Below, one piece after another: positions 1-7,957 of a stretch of DNA of 64,000 bases. This stretch comes from a virus, in IMG/VR virus record IMGVR_UViG_3300034418_007243, positions 32,001-96,000 of that record. The stretch is one strand, 5' to 3'. The notes below the pieces were generated by a model that was given only the letters and a program-made list of their open reading frames with translations, was not told the origin of the DNA and did not search any database. Within the stretch, counting starts at the first letter, position 1. Each line of letters starts with the position of its first letter. The position numbers and the translations under genes are program-made.

Positions 1-75
1 ACTTTCTTAGTTCCTGGTGGTCCTTGTGAGCCTTGTGAAATTGGTCAAATAACAATAACTGAAAACCCAGCATAA
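1..75 (+). CDS. 3' end of an upstream structural gene (partial)
   Basis: Frame 1 open from base 1 (TFLVPGGPCEPCEIGQITITENPA*); its TAA overlaps the ATG of the next gene (TAATG); Cys-containing like its neighbours. Confidence 0.6.
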   Translation, partial: TFLVPGGPCEPCEIGQITITENPA

Positions 76-977
76 TGAATAAAAATTGCGGACATACTAT
101 ACCTTGCGGCTGTAATGATACACCTTTGACTACAGGATCTCCTTGTGGTCAAGGTGTAGATTGCACAGGTAACCCGTGTCCAGAAAATTTTGATTCTAAA
201 TGTATTTATTACAGAGGAGATATAATTTTATGTGGTGAAGATGAAGTTGTTCAAACAGATGTAACTTTAGCTGAAGCTTTAAATTCTTTAGTTACTTATT
301 TTTGTAATCAAGGTGGTGGTGGAGTCATTTCTGAATCATTAATTTGTGGAGATACAACAATTGCTGTTGCAGGAACTTCAGTTAGTGAAGCTTTGACAAG
401 TGTTGTGGGTTTCTTTTGTTCTATTGTAACTGAATTAGTTAACTCTTATAATTATGGTTTATTTGCACAAGTTGAAGATTCTTTAACTGTTATAAATACA
501 ACAACACCATCAACTATTATAGGTGTAGGAGACGGTACATTAAGCGTACCAGCAGGAGGTTTTAAAGTTGCTGATTCTTTTGAAGTAAAAACATTTGGTC
601 ATATAAGTTCTGCTAATAACCAAGTGTTTTATATACGTTTAAAAATAAACGGAGTTGTAGCAGATGAAATAGCTTTAGATGGAATAACTCATACTAGATT
701 GCCTCAAATTACAGATTTACATTGGAGCATGGAAATGTATTTTACTATAAGAAGTTTAAATACAGCTCCTAATTCTGGAGATGCGGCTATTCTTTCTGCT
801 ATAAGATTTACTCATGAATCAGATGCTTCTGATAAATTTAATGGGTATGCTTCAACAATGCTTGTTAATTTTGATTCTGATATACCACAAACATTAGATT
901 TAGAAGTTGAATGGGGTGCTGCAAGTGCTTCAAATTCTATATATTCTGAATCTTTTGTTTTAAATAAAACATATTAA
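75..977 (+). CDS. Cys-rich virion structural protein (fibre/decoration-like)
   Basis: 300 aa; N-terminal CGHTIPCGCNDTPLTTGSPC module, internal repeat (IILCGEDEVV..TLAEALNSLVTYFC / LICGDTTIA..SVSEALTSVVGFFC), beta-rich C-terminal domain; in late block. Confidence 0.6.
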   Translation: MNKNCGHTIPCGCNDTPLTTGSPCGQGVDCTGNPCPENFDSKCIYYRGDIILCGEDEVVQTDVTLAEALNSLVTYFCNQGGGGVISESLICGDTTIAVAGTSVSEALTSVVGFFCSIVTELVNSYNYGLFAQVEDSLTVINTTTPSTIIGVGDGTLSVPAGGFKVADSFEVKTFGHISSANNQVFYIRLKINGVVADEIALDGITHTRLPQITDLHWSMEMYFTIRSLNTAPNSGDAAILSAIRFTHESDASDKFNGYASTMLVNFDSDIPQTLDLEVEWGAASASNSIYSESFVLNKTY

Positions 978-979
978 CT

Positions 980-1504
980 ATGGGAAAAACATGTGGACAT
1001 TTAGTACCTTGTGGTTGTAATGACACTCCGCTTACAACAGGTTCTCCTTGTAATGATGGTATTCAATGTCAAGGAAATCCTTGCGCTGAAAATTTTTGTG
1101 CTGAATGTATAGTATGGTGTGGTCCTGGCTTACCTAATTTAGGTATAAAAACAGGTATGAATTTATATACTGTATTTCAATTACTAGATAGTAATATTGA
1201 TTCAGTATCTTGTGTAGATGATAGCGATTCTTGTAAAGCTGTATTGTTAGGTTTACCAACAGTTACATCTAGCACAATTAATATTTCATTCACACCAATT
1301 TCTACAGCTAGCCAAACTCGTACTTTATATTTAACAGAAGTTAGTACAGGAACTGTAACACCTTATGTTATTGATACTGGCGCTACAGAAATACTAATAG
1401 AATTTTTAGCTGCAGATTCAGAATATAAATTATTTATTACATCAGTATGTACAGATCTTACAGAATGTAGTTCTGCAGAATTATTAATTAAAACTTTAAA
1501 ATAA
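980..1504 (+). CDS. Cys-rich structural protein, N-terminus paralogous to 75..977, possible Fn3-like C-terminal domain
   Basis: 174 aa; CGHLVPCGCNDTPLTTGSPC nearly identical to upstream gene; C-terminal beta-rich segment (TSSTINISFT...LAADSEYKLFITSVC). Confidence 0.6.
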   Translation: MGKTCGHLVPCGCNDTPLTTGSPCNDGIQCQGNPCAENFCAECIVWCGPGLPNLGIKTGMNLYTVFQLLDSNIDSVSCVDDSDSCKAVLLGLPTVTSSTINISFTPISTASQTRTLYLTEVSTGTVTPYVIDTGATEILIEFLAADSEYKLFITSVCTDLTECSSAELLIKTLK

Positions 1505-1505
1505 T

Positions 1506-2444
1506 ATGGCTTGTTTAAATGTAACAATAGAAGTTGAATATACACCATCAGGTACTGGAGGTCAAGATATTGAAATAGGATGGAGAGCACAGGGAGATCC
1601 AACATGGAATATTACAACTGCTATAGGTATAGGAGGTGCAATGGGAGTTTTTATACAAACTGTACCTTGTAATACAAATTGTGATGGTCAACTTTATGAA
1701 CTTTATATAGGTAATTTATGTGATTTGCCTGGGACTACTGTTTATTTTGAAGTAATGGTTGCCGATTCTACACAACCTGATTGTTATGAATATCAATGGG
1801 ACTGCGTTTCTGTAGGTATAGGATCTATAACTCCTAATCCAGGAAGTGCTAATTATAATTCTGGTGATTCTGTTGTATTTACAGGAGGAGGTGGTTCTGG
1901 AGCATCAGCTATTGTAGATGTAGTAAATGGTTCAGGAGAGATATTATCTTATTCTATTTTAGATCCAGGAACAGGCTATACTTCATTACCAACTCTTAAT
2001 GTTGTTAGTATAAATGGAACTGGAGCAACACCTGTAGCAGTTTTAGCAGATTGTCCTACTTTAAATCATTTAGATTGTACAGGTATTACAGAACCTATTA
2101 GTATAGCTTTAGGAGAAAGTTATATTGAATGTGCTACTCAAGCTATTTATGCAGGTAAAGTTGCTGCTTTAACTGATGATGAAAAAACAGCTTATGAATA
2201 TAATCCTATAGGAACTAACTGTATTTGTAATAATGATTGTAATGAGTTTACAATAAATAATACAGGAGTAGATACTTTAACAGTAGTATATAATACATGT
2301 ATTGATGGAGCATTAGTAGTGCAAGAAGTACCTGCTGCAGGTAGTTGGAGTTCTCCTTGTGAAGCGTTGTGTGAAACAATAAGCGTATTAGAAACGGATG
2401 CTTCATATACAATATCTCCTGCATGTACAGCATGTATACCATAA
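1506..2444 (+). CDS. Cys-rich acidic virion structural protein
   Basis: 312 aa; GGGGSGASA..V.NG.I.S..I.DPGTGYTS.PT segment typical of phage structural proteins; followed by a terminator. Confidence 0.6.
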   Translation: MACLNVTIEVEYTPSGTGGQDIEIGWRAQGDPTWNITTAIGIGGAMGVFIQTVPCNTNCDGQLYELYIGNLCDLPGTTVYFEVMVADSTQPDCYEYQWDCVSVGIGSITPNPGSANYNSGDSVVFTGGGGSGASAIVDVVNGSGEILSYSILDPGTGYTSLPTLNVVSINGTGATPVAVLADCPTLNHLDCTGITEPISIALGESYIECATQAIYAGKVAALTDDEKTAYEYNPIGTNCICNNDCNEFTINNTGVDTLTVVYNTCIDGALVVQEVPAAGSWSSPCEALCETISVLETDASYTISPACTACIP

Positions 2445-2510
2445 TTAATTTATGAAATTTATTATTAAAGATATGTCATGGTTTGTTGGTTTATACTATG
2501 ACTGACAGCT

Positions 2511-2549
2511 GAAAGCTCTTGTTTAATTATACAAGGGCTTTCTTTTTTT
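2511..2549 (+). terminator. Rho-independent terminator
   Basis: GAAAGCTCTTGT-ttaattat-ACAAGGGCTTTC stem followed by T7. Confidence 0.8.
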
Positions 2550-2563
2550 AAAAACTAATAGTA

Positions 2564-3733
2564 ATGACACTAGAACAATTAAAAGATTTTTTCAGAAAGA
2601 AACCTGGCTATATAAAAAGAGGTGCTGGTTGGCTGGCTGATTTTTTAGAGCTTGATGATTTGGATAAAATTAAACGTGCTAAAACGGAAGTGGCTGCTGA
2701 GATTAAGAAAGATGTGATGATGGGTGATGATAGTAAGAAACTCCGTCTGAAATCCACATGGCAAGTGCAAAAGAAAGGTGGAGAAGTTGAGTGGTTAGAA
2801 AGTTATAAAGCTGTAGAACAAAGTGAATACCAACTTACAAAAGAAGATTGGGAGAATATTATAGATAAGGTTGGTAATATATCTATTACTTATAATAAAG
2901 AGACAACTCTTCCGTCTAATAACAAGGCTTTGATTATATGGACTTCTGATAAACATATAGGAGCTTCTATACCTGATGATGCTCTTTATAAAAAGAAGTA
3001 TGATGAGCATGTGTTTTTTAGTAGAATGGAAAAGATATACCAAAAGGCTATGTCTTTGTTTCAAACCTATGGTATATTTGATAAGCTTATAGTGGCTGAT
3101 CTTGGAGATTCTTTAGATGGCTATAATGCTCAGACTACAAGAGGTGGTCATGATCTTCCTCAAAACTTAAATAATAAAGAAGCTGCTCAAGTACATTTTT
3201 ATACTCACAAATGGTTTTATGAACAACTTCTTAATTCAGGTATCTCAAAGGAATTAGAAGTTGTACACATATCTAATGATAATCATGCAGGTGATTTTGG
3301 TTGGCAAGCATCTTTTGCTTTACAGCAATACGGTAGTGTTGCGTATCCTGATATAAAGTTTACTATACCAGAAGAGTTTTTATCACACTTTGTTTTATAT
3401 GACAGAGCTTACATTATTACTCATGGTAAGGATAAGAAAAACAGAAAGCACGGACTTCCCTTAAAAATCAATGCAGATACAGAATCTTTCTTAATGGATT
3501 ACGTTATAGATAGAAAACTAGGTAACTACAAAATTCATGTAAGGAAAGGAGATTTGCACATGAATGATTTAGATTGTAGCAGAATGAAAATGACTTACTG
3601 GAACATTGGTTCTATCTTTGGAGCTTCAGATTGGATAATGGATAATTACAGTATGACAAAGGCTTCTTGTGTGTTTGAAATAGTAGAAAAAGAATCTGAA
3701 ACATTAAACGCTCAAATTTTTTGGTTATCTTAA
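2564..3733 (+). CDS. Calcineurin-like metallophosphoesterase
   Basis: Motifs SDKHIG, DLGDSLDG, NDNH, THG, GDLH in canonical order; crAss-like phages often encode a phosphoesterase near structural genes. Confidence 0.8.
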   Translation: MTLEQLKDFFRKKPGYIKRGAGWLADFLELDDLDKIKRAKTEVAAEIKKDVMMGDDSKKLRLKSTWQVQKKGGEVEWLESYKAVEQSEYQLTKEDWENIIDKVGNISITYNKETTLPSNNKALIIWTSDKHIGASIPDDALYKKKYDEHVFFSRMEKIYQKAMSLFQTYGIFDKLIVADLGDSLDGYNAQTTRGGHDLPQNLNNKEAAQVHFYTHKWFYEQLLNSGISKELEVVHISNDNHAGDFGWQASFALQQYGSVAYPDIKFTIPEEFLSHFVLYDRAYIITHGKDKKNRKHGLPLKINADTESFLMDYVIDRKLGNYKIHVRKGDLHMNDLDCSRMKMTYWNIGSIFGASDWIMDNYSMTKASCVFEIVEKESETLNAQIFWLS

Positions 3734-3793
3734 ACCTGAAAAGTGTTTATTTGTAAAACAAAGAAAAATTGAGTATATTATATATGTAATGAT

Positions 3794-4375
3794 ATGGAAA
3801 AAATAAATAAACCAAATTTAAACGGGCCAAGATTTAGAGAGAAAAGAATATCAATACTTAAAAGAAAAAAACTGGAAATGTTTAAAAGTCAACATCCAGA
3901 ATATTCTAACATGACGCTAAAACAATTCAAAAGTATAGTAATGACTTTTAATGGTTTTTTAGCTCAAGGAGTAATAGATAACAGAGATGGAATAGAGTTA
4001 CCTCAAGGTTTAGGTTTTATATTTATGGCTTCTTGTCCTGCTACAAAAAAACAAAACATTGATTATAAAAAATCTTTTAATTACGGAATAAAAACTAATC
4101 ATAAAAACTGGGATTCTGATAACAAACTTTTAAAAATATTCTATACTAACTCAAACACTAAATATCCATTTACAAATAAACAAGTATGGTCTTTCAAAGC
4201 TGTAAAGCAGTTTAGAAAAAATGCATCAGAAAGTTATAAAAATAATTGGGCTAAATATATTGAGGTATATCCTACTGATAAAATATCTCAGATGTTTGAT
4301 AAATATAGAAAAAAAGATATTGCTAAAAGATTAGGATCTAATATACCTAAAGATTATGATGAGTTTAAACTATAA
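3794..4375 (+). CDS. IHF/HU-like basic DNA-binding protein
   Basis: 193 aa, very Lys-rich; DGIELPQGLGFIFM resembles the HU/IHF beta-arm entry; position matches IHF-like genes of crAss-like tail modules. Confidence 0.55.
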   Translation: MEKINKPNLNGPRFREKRISILKRKKLEMFKSQHPEYSNMTLKQFKSIVMTFNGFLAQGVIDNRDGIELPQGLGFIFMASCPATKKQNIDYKKSFNYGIKTNHKNWDSDNKLLKIFYTNSNTKYPFTNKQVWSFKAVKQFRKNASESYKNNWAKYIEVYPTDKISQMFDKYRKKDIAKRLGSNIPKDYDEFKL

Positions 4376-4378
4376 TAT

Positions 4379-5053
4379 ATGACGTTAATAGGAGAGTCCA
4401 TATCAAGAGTAAGAAACGTTTTAAAAGCTGTTAAAGAAGATCCATTTCTAACAGATAGATTTATCTATAGTTTAGTAATGAAGTATGGCAAAACGTTTAT
4501 TAAAAGAGAATCTTTAACAGGTGAAATATATAAGTATAGAAACTTGTTTAAAGAGATTCCTTGTCTAGATTTAATTGAGGTAGATAAAATAGAAGCTTGC
4601 TGTATAGGTATAAAGACTGGATGTACTTTTATGAGAAGTAAAGATAAATTACCAGAGTTACTCCAAAGTGATGATGGTCCAATTATCAGAGCTGTTACCT
4701 CTTTAGATTATAGTCAAGCTGCCCAACAGACTTATCCTACAGTATATTCTAATATGACTAAAAGTACTAGCTTTAAATATAATAAGACAAAGTACTATTG
4801 GTATCTTGATGGTTATATTTATTTACCTAATGTTACTTGGGAAGGTGTTAGAGTTCAAGCTATATTTGATGAAGATGTTTCTTCATTTAATTGTTCAACA
4901 GATTCTAGAGATTGTGTTCAAGAACAAGATAGAGAATCAATAATACCTGAACATTTGTTTTCTGAAATAGAACAGATGGTAATAAATGAAATACTAACTA
5001 GCGGTAAAATACCGCCAGATGGTGCAGATGATAATCAAAATATTATGAGATAA
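4379..5053 (+). CDS. Putative tail ring/adaptor structural protein
   Basis: 224 aa; size, helical N-terminus, YYWYLDGYIYLPN strand and C-terminal ..PPDGADDNQ resemble crAss-like ring proteins; context. Confidence 0.55.
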   Translation: MTLIGESISRVRNVLKAVKEDPFLTDRFIYSLVMKYGKTFIKRESLTGEIYKYRNLFKEIPCLDLIEVDKIEACCIGIKTGCTFMRSKDKLPELLQSDDGPIIRAVTSLDYSQAAQQTYPTVYSNMTKSTSFKYNKTKYYWYLDGYIYLPNVTWEGVRVQAIFDEDVSSFNCSTDSRDCVQEQDRESIIPEHLFSEIEQMVINEILTSGKIPPDGADDNQNIMR

Positions 5054-5253
5054 TGCCTAAGAAAAAAACAACAACTAAGAAAAAAAGCACTGTAAATTCT
5101 GCAGGTAATTATACTAAACCTTCTTTACGTAAAAGATTGTTTAATGAAATAAAAGCTGGCTCTAAAGGTGGAAAACCTGGACAATGGTCTGCACGTAAAG
5201 CACAAATGTTAGCTAAAAGATATAAAGCCGCTGGGGGAGGATATAAAAACTAA
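5053..5253 (+). CDS. Small basic protein, N-terminal half of a DUF5872-like protein
   Basis: YTKPSLRKRL..EIKAGSKGGKPGQWSARKAQMLAKRYKAAGGGY motif. Confidence 0.7.
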   Translation: MPKKKTTTKKKSTVNSAGNYTKPSLRKRLFNEIKAGSKGGKPGQWSARKAQMLAKRYKAAGGGYKN

Positions 5254-5259
5254 AAAGTA

Positions 5260-5556
5260 ATGGACGAGTTATTAGTAAAGCTATTAGAACAAACACCTGT
5301 AATTATTGCTTTGGGTATTGGCATCTATGCTTTATGGAAAGATAAAATAGAAACTAAAAAAGAGATGCAGGAAGAAAGACAACACTTTCTGCAGCAAATA
5401 GCAGAGCTTACATTAAAGCATGCAGATGAAGTAAAACAACTAAACACATATATAAGAGAAAGAGATCTAGAAACCCTTGAAGCTTTAGAGCAAGTAACAG
5501 CAGCTGTTGAAAGTATTAAAACAATGCTTGATAATAAACTGCGATTATTAGATTAA
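5260..5556 (+). CDS. Membrane-anchored coiled-coil protein (possible lysis accessory)
   Basis: One N-terminal hydrophobic helix (PVIIALGIGIYALW) followed by a heptad-like helix. Confidence 0.55.
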   Translation: MDELLVKLLEQTPVIIALGIGIYALWKDKIETKKEMQEERQHFLQQIAELTLKHADEVKQLNTYIRERDLETLEALEQVTAAVESIKTMLDNKLRLLD

Positions 5557-5566
5557 ATCTTAATGT

Positions 5567-5707
5567 ATGGATAAGAATGAAGAAAAAGATCACTTTGAAA
5601 CTTTAGATGCTTTTTTAAAGAACATCAAAAAAAGAATTAAAAAGTTAAAAGATAAATGTAATAATGGGGAAGAAAAAACAACAGAAAAGTCTAGACAGGT
5701 GGACTAA
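5567..5707 (+). CDS. Small hypothetical protein (46 aa, not in ORF track)
   Basis: MDKNEEKDHFETLDAFLKNIKKRIKKLKDKCNNGEEKTTEKSRQVD*; fills the gap in a tightly packed operon. Confidence 0.4.
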   Translation: MDKNEEKDHFETLDAFLKNIKKRIKKLKDKCNNGEEKTTEKSRQVD

Positions 5708-5930
5708 ACAAAAATGGAGAACAGCTTCAGGAAAAAAATCTTCTGAAACAGGTGAAGTTTACGCTCCTTCTGCTACAATAAGCAAACTTAAAAGTACACC
5801 GTCAGGCAGAAAAAAATTAGCTGCAGCTAATAGAAAAAAAAGAGCTGCTACTAAAGCTGGTAAACAACATGCCTCACATGGATTACATAAAGGTAAAAAC
5901 AGAACAGGAACTAAAAAGAAAAAGAAATGA
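5664..5930 (+). CDS. Small basic protein, C-terminal half of a DUF5872-like protein
   Basis: QKSLDRWTKQKWRT.SGK.S.ETGE.Y.P ... ANRKKR.ATK.GKQ motif. Confidence 0.65.
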   Translation: MGKKKQQKSLDRWTKQKWRTASGKKSSETGEVYAPSATISKLKSTPSGRKKLAAANRKKRAATKAGKQHASHGLHKGKNRTGTKKKKK

Positions 5931-6106
5931 AAGGAGTACCACATTATAAAAAAGATGGATCACTTTATAGAGGAAAGCATACACACAAAGATAAAAGCGG
6001 TAAGCTTATGAGTGGCAAGACACATACTAAAAGTAGTGTATATTTATATCACATGAAAGAGCTTAGTAAAAAAGCTCAAATGAAAGCTAAACAACAAAAG
6101 AAATGA
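5927..6106 (+). CDS. Small basic His/Lys-rich protein (59 aa, not in ORF track)
   Basis: MKGVPHYKKDGSLYRGKHTHKDKSGKLMSGKTHTKSSVYLYHMKELSKKAQMKAKQQKK*; ATGA overlaps at both ends. Confidence 0.7.
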   Translation: MKGVPHYKKDGSLYRGKHTHKDKSGKLMSGKTHTKSSVYLYHMKELSKKAQMKAKQQKK

Positions 6107-6417
6107 AAGAATTTTTACAAAGTTTAGGAATAAATATTGGTATATCTGTAGCAGGTTTATTTGGTGCTTTGCTTCTTGTTGGTAAAACAAATAAAACAGA
6201 TTTAAGAACTATGTTTTTTTCTTTATTGTCTGGTGTAGCATCTGCAAATTATATCACACCAGTAATTTTAGATATGGCTCAATTTGACGTAAAATATCAA
6301 ATGTCTGTAGCTTTTATTCTAGGTTTTCTAGGATTAAAAGGTGTGGAACTTATTAGTAACAAATTATTAAAAAAAGTAGAAGATGAATCTATTAGTAGCA
6401 ATCAACGCGATAAGTAA
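6103..6417 (+). CDS. Holin-like membrane protein (3 TM)
   Basis: 104 aa; three hydrophobic helices, AFILGFLGLKGVE motif, charged C-tail. Confidence 0.6.
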   Translation: MKEFLQSLGINIGISVAGLFGALLLVGKTNKTDLRTMFFSLLSGVASANYITPVILDMAQFDVKYQMSVAFILGFLGLKGVELISNKLLKKVEDESISSNQRDK

Positions 6418-6667
6418 CATTATCATTGCACTATCTGTTAGTGTATTTATTTTTTTTATTTTTGGAAGACTATCTATGATGGATAAGTTACCAAAGTGGC
6501 AATCAATCTTAGTTAAAGTTGGATTATGTACAACAGCATGTGGATCTTTATTTAACTTTCTTACATTGTCACATCCTCCTCTTTCAGAGATTATTCTTAA
6601 TATAGGTCTAGCTATTATATTTACTTGGGCTGTATTATTTCATTATAAGTACTTTGTAAAAGATTAA
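6383..6667 (+). CDS. Small 3-TM membrane protein (holin partner?)
   Basis: 94 aa, almost entirely hydrophobic, overlaps the holin-like gene. Confidence 0.55.
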   Translation: MNLLVAINAISNIIIALSVSVFIFFIFGRLSMMDKLPKWQSILVKVGLCTTACGSLFNFLTLSHPPLSEIILNIGLAIIFTWAVLFHYKYFVKD

Positions 6668-6671
6668 AGTT

Positions 6672-6962
6672 ATGGCTCCTAAAAAGAAAGATTCTAGGTT
6701 AGCAAGAGCAGGTGTATCAGGTTATAATAAACCAAAGCGTACACCTAACCATCCAACTAAGTCACATGTAGTTGTAGCTAAAGTAGGAAATAAAATTAAA
6801 ACTATTAGGTTTGGTCAACAAGGAGTAAAAGGAGCTGGAAAAAATCCTAAATCTAAAAAAGATAAAGCACGTAAGAAAAGTTATTATGCTAGACATAATG
6901 CTCAAGATGCTAAACCATCTAAATTATCTGCTAGATATTGGTCACACAAAGTTAAATGGTAA
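6672..6962 (+). CDS. Small very basic phage protein
   Basis: KTIRFGQQG...ARKKSYYARH...SARYWS.KVKW motif, which I recognise from aquatic phage hypothetical proteins. Confidence 0.65.
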   Translation: MAPKKKDSRLARAGVSGYNKPKRTPNHPTKSHVVVAKVGNKIKTIRFGQQGVKGAGKNPKSKKDKARKKSYYARHNAQDAKPSKLSARYWSHKVKW

Positions 6963-6965
6963 ATC

Positions 6966-7946
6966 ATGAGTTATAACTATACTCTAAAATATAGAACATT
7001 TGATCAACTTATGGCAGATGTTCTTAGTGATTTTAAAAAGTATCAATTACAAAATTTAATTGATCCTCAAGATATGATTAGGGTAACTAAAAGAGTTAAC
7101 TATGATCTTGGGTTAAGAATAAATAAAACTAAAGAAATAATACTAGAAGTTGAGAAAGGTAGAGTTAGATTACCTAATGATTTCTATGTTCTTAATTTTG
7201 CTCTTTCTTGTAGTAGTTATGAAACAAAACAATATTTACCACAAGGAACAAGAGTAGAAGAAAAAATTATTGGAGCTGCTCCGGAATATCAAACTGCTCC
7301 GCCAGAGACAGTAGACTTTTGTGAGACACCTCCTACACCTTTAGAGCCTGTAGATCCTTGTAATGATCCATGCGCTCAATGTGGTCAAACAACTAACAAT
7401 TGTGAACCTTGTAATACTTGTTGTGCTAACCCAAACTCTTGCACTATAAATTGTAAAGGAGAAGTGGTACAGCTTGTTCAAGCTCTTACATATGAAACAA
7501 GAAGGTGGACCAACTTAAGAAAGATTAGAATACTAGAAAATGCAGTTGATGTACAGTGCGATTGTCCAAATTTAAATTGGCATGCTCCTGATACTGCTTG
7601 GATTAAAAACGGTTGGATATATACTAGTTTTGAAACAGGAAACTTATATATAAACTATCAAGGAACTATGGAAGATGAAGAAGGTAATCTATTGTTACCT
7701 GATCATGATGTAATAAATGAGTATTATGAATATGCTTTAAAACAAAGAATAATAGAGAATCTAATAATGGATGATGAACAAGTAAATCCTAATAAGATTC
7801 AACTAATTGAACAACGTTATAGAATGGCAAGAAATAATGCTCTTTCTATTGTAAATACACCAAACTTTAGTGAGCTTAGAAGATTATATAGAGCTAATAG
7901 AAGAGCTATGTACTCTAAGTACTATGATATGTTTGCTAGTTTATAG
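6966..7946 (+). CDS. Tail tubular/ring protein with Cys-rich insertion
   Basis: 326 aa directly upstream of the muzzle gene as in crAss-like phages; NGWIYTSFETGNLYINYQG..EDEEGNLLLPD motif. Confidence 0.7.
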   Translation: MSYNYTLKYRTFDQLMADVLSDFKKYQLQNLIDPQDMIRVTKRVNYDLGLRINKTKEIILEVEKGRVRLPNDFYVLNFALSCSSYETKQYLPQGTRVEEKIIGAAPEYQTAPPETVDFCETPPTPLEPVDPCNDPCAQCGQTTNNCEPCNTCCANPNSCTINCKGEVVQLVQALTYETRRWTNLRKIRILENAVDVQCDCPNLNWHAPDTAWIKNGWIYTSFETGNLYINYQGTMEDEEGNLLLPDHDVINEYYEYALKQRIIENLIMDDEQVNPNKIQLIEQRYRMARNNALSIVNTPNFSELRRLYRANRRAMYSKYYDMFASL

Positions 7947-7957
7947 AATAAAACCTT

